Positions 53,708 through 64,000 of a stretch of 64,000 nucleotides of DNA are shown here, one piece after another. Source of the stretch: Octopus vulgaris (taxonomy: Eukaryota); assembly GCA_951406725.2 (NCBI GenBank), contig OX597814.1, positions 138,136,001 through 138,200,000 on the forward strand. The letters run 5' to 3'. The translations under genes and the position numbers were made by a program. How positions within the stretch are numbered: position 1 is the stretch's first letter; the number at the start of each line of letters is the position of its first letter. Under the pieces are notes generated by a model, which did not search any database, had not been told where the DNA came from, and saw only the letters and a program-made list of their open reading frames with translations.

Positions 53708-53928
53708 CCCTTTAGTGTTTAAACCGGCCATATCCGGGCCCCAATATTCTACATGTTTTATATTCAAACTGGCGATATCTAGCCTCTTACACCTAACCTA
53801 CATTGACATTCTAAAAATAAACAATCACATCATTGAAACCCCAAAGCTAGAAGATAATGCATGATTAATTCAAAACAATTTGAGTGAGAATGTATTACAT
53901 TTAACAGAGTAATCTGAACACTAAAGGG
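53708..53928 (-). mobile_element. piggyBac-type MITE, family 2, inverted copy
   Basis: TTAA|CCCTTTAGTGTT ... AACACTAAAGGG; body is the reverse complement of 52562-52776. Confidence 0.85.
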
Positions 53929-54257
53929 TTACAAAACAGAGGAAGATCTTGGTAATCAAATAGATAACATCATTTTCTTTTTCTTACTGCATTGTAAAGC
54001 ATTGGATGGCCATACCAGCAAATAAATTGCATTTGATTATAATTTCAATCTTGCCTTGGAGATATATATATAAGGAAGATGAAAGGAGATTGATTAGTGA
54101 TTGTATGGTATTAATAAAATGTTTCCCAGTGTTGTAAGCAACATAAAAGTTAATTATATGTGAAATATAACATGTATTTATATTTCATATATACAATTCA
54201 CAATATATGTGAAACTGTTTCATGTATATTATAATTTATTTTGATATATATCTGATA

Positions 54258-54474
54258 TGAGGGGGTGCTGAAAAGTTCCTGGCTTTGGGTAAAAGAGACT
54301 ACAAGAGGATCAGTTAATTATGATTCATTCAACATATTCCTCTCTCAGATTCACACACTTATTGCAGTGGTCCTTCAGTTTTTGTATTCTTCGTAAAAGA
54401 ACTCAAATGTTTGGGCCTCCAACCAAGCCTTTTGCAATACCCTTAAAGCCAGGAATTTTTTACTCCCCCCCTTG
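54258..54474. mobile_element. Mariner-type MITE
   Basis: TA|TGAGGGGGTGCTGAAAAGTTCCTGGCTTT ... AAAGCCAGGAATTTTTTACTCCCCCCCTTG|TA. Confidence 0.75.
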
Positions 54475-55034
54475 TAGGTTTAAATATATGTATTATTCAT
54501 ATTTCATGTTTTCACTAAAGCGTATAAAACGACCAAGTTTATATATCACCTCACTACTTTTGTACTACAAAGAAAAGGAAGAATTAATCTCTTCTAGAAT
54601 ATACATATTTATCTTTGTCTATTGAGTTGTCTATCATATATTTCTTACAGTATTTTAAATGATGACATTCTTATTCCATCTTGTCCTTCAGAAGCACTAC
54701 TAATCTACATATCCAAATGATTAATTGTATTATTCTGTTCTGTATGAATTATTATACTGAGAAATGTAATTTTATATTAAGAAATAATCTTGTCTTATTT
54801 GATATATATCATTCTATTATTATGTCATCAATATAAAATACTGTCCTTTTTTGATACAGAAATACCCAGTAAATCGTTATGGCATTGACTAAATAATTGC
54901 TTTATAGTCTTGGAGTTATCTGTTATCAAGTTACTTATTCTTTATCTCTTACATATAACCATCAATTACACAGCAATTTGGCAGTTATTAGAACACCTGA
55001 GTGATTTTTGCTTTTGTTTTTTTTTTTTCTTTTT

Positions 55035-55430
55035 ACTTGTTGGAACTGGAGGAAGGGACAATGTCCATAGCATTTGTAGGTCATTTGAGAGCAGTGAGGT
55101 TGATGCTATTGATGTTCCGGTTGAACTTTTATTTATAAGTCAACTCTTGCAGAAAGGACATGAACAGAGAGATGGTTCCAGGGGGATCCAACTTTATGGA
55201 AAAGAAGAACCAGGCATAACGCCTTCTGGGTGTTTGTGTGTGTGTGTGTGTAGGGGGAGTGGATTGGAAATGCTTGAGTAGAGATGGTATGAGCCCAACC
55301 AATTCCATGGAGCAGAGGCCATTATAGTAGTGAAGAGAAACAGCATGCCTGTGGGTAAGAGGTTGGAACATATTTGTGAGTGACTTTATACTATCTAATT
55401 GATGGTACTTTCCTGGATATCAGCCAGGAC
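55035..55430 (-). mobile_element. Degenerate CR1/Jockey-like LINE 3' remnant
   Basis: RHAVSLHYYNGLCSMELVGLIP resembles LINE ORF2 C-terminal sequence. Confidence 0.45.
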
Positions 55431-55593
55431 AGGGGTCCCTAACCACAAGGCTGCACTCTAGTTCTAGGCCATGGATCATATAGTCCTGGGCCATACAGAA
55501 AGAATAAATTTTTAGATTTTGAGTTATATAGATATATTGGGTCATGACCCAATATAGATATATAGATATATAGATATATTGATATATAGATAT

Positions 55594-55975
55594 ATTGGGT
55601 CATCCCATAAATAATGCAGTTTTTTTCAATTGCATGAACTAAAAGTTGGGAGAAAAACAGGATAAACTACCTGCATCAACTTGCTATAAAAGCAGCTAGT
55701 AATTTCACCTTGTACTTATTCTTAGTGTAAGTTCTGAAGAGTGCAGCTCGATTTTAACAGTTATTTTTTTCAAAGCTTTAATAGAAGTGGCAAAGGAGCA
55801 TATTCAGCATATTTTGCTTTATGAGTTCAATAAAGGCAAAAATGCAACAGAAAGTGCAAGTAATATTAATGCAGTATATGAGGATCAGACAATATGTGTA
55901 AGCCAGTGTCAAAGGTGGTCCCAGAAATTCTGAGCTGGAAACTACAGCCTAGAAGACGAGCCTTGTCTTGGAAAA
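55594..55975 (+). mobile_element. Mariner left TIR plus transposase N-terminal HTH fragment
   Basis: TA|TTGGGTCATCCCATAA TIR, similar to the reverse complement of the end at 20798; EVAKEHIQHILLYEFNKGKNATESASNINAVY...QRWSQKF*AGNYSLEDEP. Confidence 0.88.
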
Positions 55976-56801
55976 CCAAGTTTACTCTCTGATTCTATAT
56001 TTTCAAAAAAATTTTGTCAATTGCATTAGAATTATTTCTCTTCGAGAAGGAGTTTCCGTGTATGAATTGCTTGGATAATCTCTGTAAACAAAATTTTTGA
56101 ACTTTTCAATATATATATGTGAGATCCCATTGTTTTTGTATTTTGTATGCAGAACTAAAAAAAAAAAATAGAGGGTGGAGTTTCACAGGCACTGTTTTTG
56201 TTGTTTAAACATAACAGGCTTTCAGTCTTGTGGCAAATCCCAGTGAAATTGCTAAAGTAATTTAGGTGTTCCTTCTCAAGAGCAAGGTGATAAATGCAGG
56301 TGGGATGCCTAACTTACTTTCATAATTTCATCAGGACTTGTTTCAGGACACACACCTACAACATCAGGCTTTCAGTTTGGTGTGTTTTTATTTGTTGATA
56401 CAGAGTGAAACTAATTGAAAGAAGATATACATTAATTTTTATACATATGAGTTGCAGGTGTGGTTCAGAAGTTTGCTCTCCCATAATGTGGTCTTGTGTT
56501 CAGGTCCTACTACATTGCACCTTAGTTTCCAGTGTTCTGTGAAAAGCATGCCTGGCTTTAGAGAATATTTCCTTGCTTGGAAACAGGTGAGGGTTGACAA
56601 ATGCAAGGGCATTCAGCTACAGAAAATTTGTTCAACAAATACCATCTGGGGGTATAGGCCTGGGTATTTAGATATAGACATAATTATATCAAAAGAATTG
56701 GAAGAACCTCTCCACAGGCTAGAGATAGATGCCAAATAGCACTAAAAACCATCTTATATCTCCTGTAGCACAGGTTGTAAACAGGCAAAAATACAACTTT
56801 C

Positions 56802-56832
<31 letters not shown>

Positions 56833-56854
56833 ATGTAATACAACTTTCTATATA

Positions 56855-57092
56855 TCTGTATATATAAAAGGCAGGATGTGTGTGTGTGTGTGTGTGTGTA
56901 CGTGAATGTAATTTATGCACATTCACAAATTAGCATGCATGTCACTCCAATTTTAGGAGGACGTTCGTCATGACCCTAGCTGTAAAAATAAATTTTCAAC
57001 CAAAGTCCCCTTCTAGCAATGAGTAAGTTTTTGTTAAGACTTTTGTTTTTTTTCCCCATCGAGGAAAAAGTGCTTTGTTGATATACGGGCAA

Positions 57093-57134
<42 letters not shown>

Positions 57135-57339
57135 TGTATGCGTACAAAAGACATGCATGCAATAGGTATATGTATGTATGTGTGTGTGTGTGTTGCCCAT
57201 ATATATATTTATATAAACCAATTTCAATGGATTTCACCAAAAATAGACGTCGATGTTACTTAGTTTGGTTTAAAATAAAGAACCTGATTAGCTTAATAAT
57301 CCTAACTTAATCCCGGGCAAAGCCGGGTTATACTGCTAG
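56855..57339 (+). mobile_element. Non-autonomous Helitron
   Basis: A|TCTGTATATATAAAAG 5' end; 3' hairpin CCCGG-gcaaag-CCGGG, then CTAG|T. Confidence 0.8.
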
Positions 57340-57674
57340 TATATATATATATAATATAAACTCGACTGACTTCTTTCAGTTTCCACTAAATCTACTCACA
57401 AGGCATTGGTCAGCTCAGAGTTATAGGTAGAAGACACTTGTCCAAGGTGCAACACGGTGAGAGTCAACCTGAAACCGTTGGGTTAGGAAGCAAACCTTTT
57501 AACCACACACTCATTTCTATCAATACTAGTCACAACTAACATACGATTACATAACAGTATAAGTATATAATTGCTGACAGTCATCAAAACATTAATATAA
57601 TTACTGTTTTTGTAGACTTTCTTGTGTTTCAATAATTTATATTTTTTTAATTAAAAATTTTTTTTTCTTTTCAG

Positions 57675-57771
57675 GCTTTGTTTTGTTGGAGCCCGTGCTA
57701 AACATTTTCCAGAATTTCTAGCAATGATTAATATCAAATATTTCACACCAATGCCTGCACTAATGTTTGGT
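57675..57771 (+). CDS. SLC7 LAT-type transporter, internal exon C
   Basis: ttttcag|G acceptor and GGT|gtaagt donor; 97 bp; (R)LCFVGARAKHFPEFLAMINIKYFTPMPALMFG; completes the AG|G Arg codon from exon B across a ~17.9-kb intron. Confidence 0.95.
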
Positions 57772-58444
57772 GTAAGTATTTTCTGTCCATCTTTTTATAT
57801 ATATATATATTTTTTTTCTTACTATCCACAGTATTCTTCAAAGTAGAAACTCATTTACCATGTTACAGGTCTCTCTATACCATGTTTAAGCATTTTTAGA
57901 AATATTCTTGGGAACTGGCACGGAAAGTTGTTAGTATTTAAAATCCTTGACACAATTTTCAACCTCTTAAATAGGTTGGCTGCCTCTAGTTTCATAAATA
58001 GAATTTCTTGAAAGAAGGAAAAAATAAAAAGGAAGCTTTTCCATTTTTTTTTAACCCTGGCACACCCTGACCCAAGATGTCTGAAATGACTTGTGGTGTC
58101 CATTTCCAGTACTTGACTTACAACCTCATCTACCAGCCTCCCTGACTCAACATGCACGTTATATATAATTTTTTATCATTATTTTATTTGTTGCTGGGTG
58201 GTGAGTTGGCAGACTTGTTAGCAAATCGGGCCAAATACTTAGTGACATTTTGTCTGTCTTCACATTCTCCGTTCAAATTCCGCCTTGGTCGACTTTACCT
58301 TTCATCCTTTTGGGGTTGATAAAATAAGTACCAGTTGAGCACTGGGATCAATGTACCAATGCCTTCCTGTATATATGCTTAAGCCTTTAGCATTTAAACT
58401 GGCCATATCCAGCACAGATATTCTACCAGTTTTATGTTCAATGG

Positions 58445-59232
58445 GATGGTTATGCAACACTGGCATAGGCCACAGCTATGGTCTCACTTGGCTTCCTGGG
58501 TCTTCTCAAGCATAGCATATCACCAACAGTCTCAGGCGCTTATTATTTCGGCCCAATGTTTGAAGGTTGTACTTCACCACCTCATCCCAGGTCTAATTCT
58601 CCCACAGGTTCCCTCCACTGTTAGGGTGTAACACTTTTTCACACAGCTGTCCTCATCCATATGCAATACATGACCATACCAGCACAGTCATCTCTCTTGC
58701 ACACCACATCTGATGATTCTCATGTCCAGCTTTTCGTTCAGGGTACTTACACTCTGTCATGTATGTACACTGACATTACACATCCAGCGGAGCATATTAG
58801 CTTCATTTCTTGCAAGCTTATGCATATCCTCAGTAATCACAGCCCATGTTTCACTGCTGTGTAGCATGGCTGTTTGCACACATTCGTCATACAGTCTACA
58901 TTTCAGTCTGAGTGAGAGGCCTTTTGTTGCTAGGAGAGGTAGGAGCTCTCTGAACTTTGCCCAGGTTATTCTTATTCTTGCAGCTGTGCTCTCGGAGCAT
59001 CCATCCCTGCTATTGACTTGGTCACCTAGGTAATGGAAGCTATCAGCCACTTCTAGTTTTTTCCCCTGGCATTTGATGGAAGCTATTTTCTGCACATTTT
59101 CAGTGTTTATTGCCCCTGTGCATCTGCCACACACAAAAGCTATCTTCCCAGTTAGCCTTCCTTTGATATTGCTGCACCTCTTATATGTCCATGGTTTATA
59201 CTGGGTATATCTTATGGAGTTTCTACCTTGCT
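58445..59232 (-). mobile_element. RTE LINE fragment
   Basis: ORF 58757-59239 is near-identical in sequence pattern to the 45627-46421 product. Confidence 0.9.
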
Positions 59233-59879
59233 TCCCCACTACATGATTCTGGGTTCAGTCCCTCTGTATGCACCCTGGGCAAATGTCTTCTACTATATAG
59301 CCTTGGGCTGACCAAAAGCCTTGTGAGTGGATTTGGTAGATGGAAACTGAAAGAAACCTGCTATATGATTGATTGATTAATTGATTCTAGTTTCAGCTCA
59401 TGAGCTGTGGCCATGCTGGGGCACCGCCATATATATAAATAATGATAATTGAAGATTAATTGAAGTAACCAGAAGATGGATTTGGTATTAGTCGTTATTT
59501 TGTACAACAGTTGTTTTGATACATCCTGCTACTGTCCCTTATGGGTGGGAGGGACTCCGTTCAACATGTTGTATTGCATCCATTTTGCAGTCTGGGTCTC
59601 ATCAGGTACATCCATACATAAAGTTGTCCTGCTAAAGATCCTGAGTTTAGGCTGTCATGTTGTTATATACCCATCTGGTTAGGGAATGAAACATTGCTAC
59701 AATTTCCAATTACTATCAACTTTCTATAAGAAAAAAGAAAAAAAAGGAGAAAAAATTTTTTTAAATTTTTGTAGGGGATGTGAATAGATGAACAGGGATG
59801 GATTGAGGTACATTAAGTTTAAGACAAAGGAATGGTATTAGAAAGAGGAAGAGAAAGATATATATACCTTTCTCTCAGT

Positions 59880-59935
59880 GAAAAGAGAGAGTTTGACGTT
59901 TTGAGCATAGCTCTTTGTCGGAATAGAGAAACGGA
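59880..59935 (-). mobile_element. Penelope-like pLTR motif remnant (atypical hammerhead-like)
   Basis: Minus strand tccgacaaa-GAGC-tat-GCTC-aaaacgtc, consistent with CpG-decayed gacgaa-GAGC-tat-GCTC-gaaacgtc. Confidence 0.45.
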
Positions 59936-60501
59936 AAAGTCCAAAGAAGGGAAAAGAAATTGCAAACAGCACTCCTGTAGTTACAATGCTGAAGTGACTG
60001 GAAGTAGATGTGTTTATATCTGTGTGTGTCTTTGTGTCTGTGTTTATTTACAGCCTCAGTGGAATGGCTGAAACACATAAAAGAATAAAATGAACATATA
60101 TGTGTATGTGTGTGTGTGTGTGTGTGTGTGTATGCCTGTAAGTATTACGAATGATTTTATCAATAGAGTGCAAAGTAGGCTCAGTGGCTTGAATGAGAAG
60201 TAACTACTTAAACATTTAATAAATAGGAGATAGAATTGTTACGAGAAAGGCATTAGAGTTCAATAAACGTATCGTGGTTAAGTAAGGCATGCAGTGGTTA
60301 GGTGATAAGTGATGTAACTGAATGAGCAATGAAGATATGCTGGGGTCAAGGGCATTAGTAGACAGAAAGGAACAAAGACAGGAGTTAGGTTGTTAGTGGC
60401 TGAATAATTCAGTTGTTGAATGAGTTACAGTGAAAGTGTAAAATATATTGTGACTGTGCTAGAAAGCTTCTATGGTTAAATGATAGTATGCATATATATG
60501 T

Positions 60502-60660
60502 GGAGGCGCAATGGCCCAGTGGTTAGGGCAGCGGTCTCGCAGTTAGAGGATCGCGGTTTCGATTCCCAAACCGGGCGTTGTGTGTGTTTATTGAGTGAAA
60601 ACACCTAAAGCTCCACAAGGCTCCGGAAGGGGCTGGCTAGGCTTGAAAAGGGCGCATAAA
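60502..60660 (+). mobile_element. tRNA-derived SINE, internally deleted
   Basis: A box tggcccagtgg and B box ggtttcgattccc; same family as 45190-45490. Confidence 0.8.
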
Positions 60661-62017
60661 TAAAATAAATGCATATATGTGTGTGTGTATACACCCTCAC
60701 ACATATACACTCATGCACATACACACACACAGATATACAACACCCTAACCACTAGGTGTAGCGTAGTGGTTAGGGTGTTGTACTCAATTGCTTGATTGTG
60801 GATGCAATTCCTGGGTTGGGTAGGGTGTTGTGCTCTTGAGCAAAACTCTTCATTTCACATTGCTCCAGTCCACTCAGCTGTAAATGGGTAACCCAAAGAT
60901 AGAATAGTGTTCTGAACAGGAGGGAATGTTGGCCAGTGAGGTGGCATCATTTGAAGTGTAAAACTTTCTTTCTCTCTCTCTACCTTGAGCTTACAAATAC
61001 ATCATGTAGTAATGAGGATTCTTCAGTCTTCTGAGTTAAAAGTTATCCTCACTTGTTCTGGTTCCATGATAAAATGTAGTCAGTATGTTCTGTAGGTTGG
61101 CAAACAAGTAGAGACAAGGTTGGGCAAAGGTAGAGTTGAGGATATGACAACCTCTCTAGTGCTGGTGCCATGGTAAAATGTACCCAGCACACCCTATAAA
61201 GTGGTTGGTGATAGGAAAGGAATACAGTTGTAGAAACCTTGTCAAAAATGAAACATGAACAAGGTGTGCTTTCCATGAGCCATGTAGGAAGGCCATAACT
61301 CTTATTTAAAGATTGACTCAAATCTTGACTGCCCATCCAACCATGCAGTTCAAAGTAGACATAGAATGATGATGATGATGACGACGACGACAACAACAAT
61401 GGTCTTCCTAAACATTTAAGAGAGAAAAATACATGTAAGGCACTGGTATGGCTGTGTGAGTAAGAAGTTTGTTTCTCAGTAAAGTGGTCTTGAGTTTAGT
61501 TTTACTGCATGGTATCTTGAACAAGTGCCTTCTACTATAACCCCAGGTCAGTCAAGGCCTTGTGAGTGGATTTAGTCAATGGAAACTGAAAGAATCCTGT
61601 CATGTACACACTCATACACACACACGTATTTGTGTGTACCCTTGCCTAGACATCACATGATGGTTGTTTGTTTGTTTCTAGTTGTCTGTGAAAAACATAT
61701 CTGACCATGGGAAAATGTTACCTTGCTTGGAAACAGGTGAGGATTAGAGACAGGAAGAGCATCTGACCAGAGGCAGTCTGTTTCAATGAGTTCTGTCTGA
61801 CCCATGCAAGCATGGAAAAGTGAATGTTAAATGATGCCGATGCTGTAGTGGTTGATGTCAGGAAGGTCATCCAGCCATAGTAGCTGAGCCTAAAATGAAC
61901 CGCTCAAATAAGATGCGGTCCTCCAATCCTTGTGGGTGAGCTGTACTCACTGAATATGTAATGGAGTCAGGTCATGGTAGCCCAGCCTGCTCATGCCAGA
62001 TGGAAAGCAGGTGTAAA

Positions 62018-62192
62018 ATGATGATGATGATGATAATGATGATAGTGGTGATGATGATGACAATGATGATGATGGTGACAACGATGATGACGGTAATGAC
62101 AATGATGATGACGGTGATGACAATGATGGTAATGGTGATGATGAAGAGAATGATGGTGATGGTGACTGATGATGATGATGATGATGATGATT
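62018..62192. repeat. (GAT)n trinucleotide tract
   Basis: Directly visible, ~110 bp upstream of exon D. Confidence 0.92.
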
Positions 62193-62298
62193 GCAATTCA
62201 GACTGTTTACTCCTTATATAAAATGAAACCAAATTTTTTTTATTTCTTCTATTATTATTTTTCATATTTTAATTTTACATTTTCATGTTTTTTTTTAG

Positions 62299-62448
62299 GG
62301 TTTGATGGCGATTACATATCTCTGCATAGGTAATATCTACAAACTAATCAATTACATGGCATTTGTAGAAGCAATCTTCTTTGGAATAACGATTTCTGGT
62401 CTTCTATATCTACGAAAAACTAGGCCAAACATGAAAAGACCTATTAAA
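62299..62448 (+). CDS. SLC7 LAT-type transporter, internal exon D (TM9-TM10)
   Basis: ttttttag|GGT acceptor and AAA|gtaagt donor; 150 bp; GLMAITYLCIGNIYKLINYMAFVEAIFFGITISGLLYLRKTRPNMKRPIK, ending in the family RPIK motif. Confidence 0.95.
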
Positions 62449-63597
62449 GTAAGTGCAACAGAGTCTATTTTCTCTTCTGTAATTGCATTTTCTATTTCAG
62501 ACAGAAGACCTGCAGTTTTGAGAGGAGAAGATTTGTTCATACCATCTAACCCCAGCTGCCATACAGTAGGACTGAACCCAGAACCATTTGGTTGGAAAAC
62601 AAACTTTTTACCACACAGTCTTGCCAGTGCATTATACACCATCGAATATGCTAAGATTAGAACAAAATGTATGTTTTATATTACCCGTGATACTTATTTT
62701 ATCAACCCCAATTGGGATGAAAAGTAAAATTGAATGTGTTGGCAATTGAAATCTGCATATTAAGAGCTGGAAAAAAATGTTACAAGGCATTTTTTCTGAT
62801 GTTCTTCCGACTGTTTTACTTTTTTACTGTTTTCTCTCTTCTCTCACAATAACTATTTTAATGACATTTCTAGATTAATAGATCCTTGAATAGTCTACCT
62901 AAATATCATTTTAACAAGTAAAAACAAGTGAATTCAATATGGAGTGAGAAGGGTTTAAGGTTAAAAAAAAAACATACATACATTTTGTTCTAATGTTACC
63001 ATATTTGATGGTGTATAACATGCAGGCAAGACTGTGTGATAAAAAGATTGCTTTTCAACCACATGGTTCTGGGTTCAGTCCCACTGTGGAACCCTGAGCA
63101 AGTGTCTTATTGCCCTAAGCTGACTGAAGCCTAATGAGTGAGTTTGGTAGACAGAAACTAAAAGAAGCCCTTCTTATATATATCTACATCTATATCTGTC
63201 TCTCCGTCTGTCTATGTACCTGTCTGTCTGTATGTATGTATGTATTTATGTATGTATGTATGCCTATATGTCTGTGCACACCTTTCAATGCAATGTATAC
63301 TAGAAGGTTTGCAAACCTAATGGGGGCCTCAAAAGATATTTTAAGTTCCACAAAGATCAGAATTTATCTGCAGCTCTTGGTGGTCCAAATCAGATATGCA
63401 ATCTATGTGGGTGTCTTTTCAAAACATTGTCTTGTTTGAAAAGCCATGATGGTTCTAAGGTGTAGATACAGGAGGTGGTCAAACTTTGCATAAGGAGTAG
63501 ACGATCACCACATACATATGTATATGTTTGTGTCTCCTTGTATTGACATTGCTTGGTAGTCGTAAAAGGATTGTCACTGTCACACCTTCATTTCCAA

Positions 63598-63980
63598 TCT
63601 CTGTATATATAAAGCTGAAGTTGTCTGTGTATGGCAGGTTTGGTAGCCTTCAACTAACACTATCTCCTCCGAGACCCTGCAGCGCAAGTTGACCAAAATT
63701 GAGAGTATGATGGAAGAAGGCTTGCTCTTCCTTCCGTAGAAGAAAAAATTCAAATCGGACCATGTTAACACCAAAAATTATTTACATCAAAAAGGTGCTT
63801 TTTTCCTATGAAAATCCCTATTTTTTTACTGCTGTGTCGCCATTTTTCAGTGTATTTCAACCAGAAAAATGTTCACTTAAAGAGAATAACAAGCTACATA
63901 ATGCAAAATTTTTTACTTATCATATATTCCAATTCTAAAGGGTCGAAACAAACCCAAGCAACGCTGGGCAATACTGCTAG
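63598..63980 (+). mobile_element. Non-autonomous Helitron
   Basis: A|TCTCTGTATATATAAAG ... CCCA(A)GC-aac-GCTGGG hairpin ... TACTGCTAG|T; no target duplication. Confidence 0.85.
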
Positions 63981-64000
63981 TCTTTCATAAAACTATATCT

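Noticed and set aside
59476-59682. Possible very degenerate GIY-YIG remnant (C..CP..N.LYCI)
   Set aside because: No YIG motif; too weak to call without an HMM search.
60502-60575. tRNA gene
   Set aside because: A and B boxes are present, but the sequence runs into a SINE body shared with 45190-45490 and has no proper acceptor stem.
62449-62727. C-terminal extension of the 141-aa ORF beyond RPIK
   Set aside because: It is read-through past the gtaagt donor into intron and SINE sequence.

Overview
AT-rich, repeat-saturated eukaryotic genomic DNA. The SINE/LINE/microsatellite make-up looks like a coleoid cephalopod (Octopus); this is inferred from recall, not from a search. The only host gene I can support is a + strand SLC7 L-type/heteromeric amino-acid transporter light chain. 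Four internal exons are present (38760-38883, 39688-39791, 57675-57771, 62299-62448), all with AG/GT boundaries and mutually consistent phases; the 5' and 3' exons were not found in the window. The rest is intronic or intergenic transposon debris: RTE-type LINEs, tRNA-derived SINEs, piggyBac remnants and MITEs, mariner fragments, two non-autonomous Helitrons, a Penelope-like GIY-YIG fragment and long microsatellites. Most ORFs in the supplied track are microsatellite or antisense artefacts. The most notable hidden signal is a set of at least four unrelated Penelope-like/retrozyme-like inserts, mostly in (TA)n tracts, carrying type I hammerhead-ribozyme motifs. Six of the seven motifs are antisense to the transporter, and one family forms a ~730-bp foldback.
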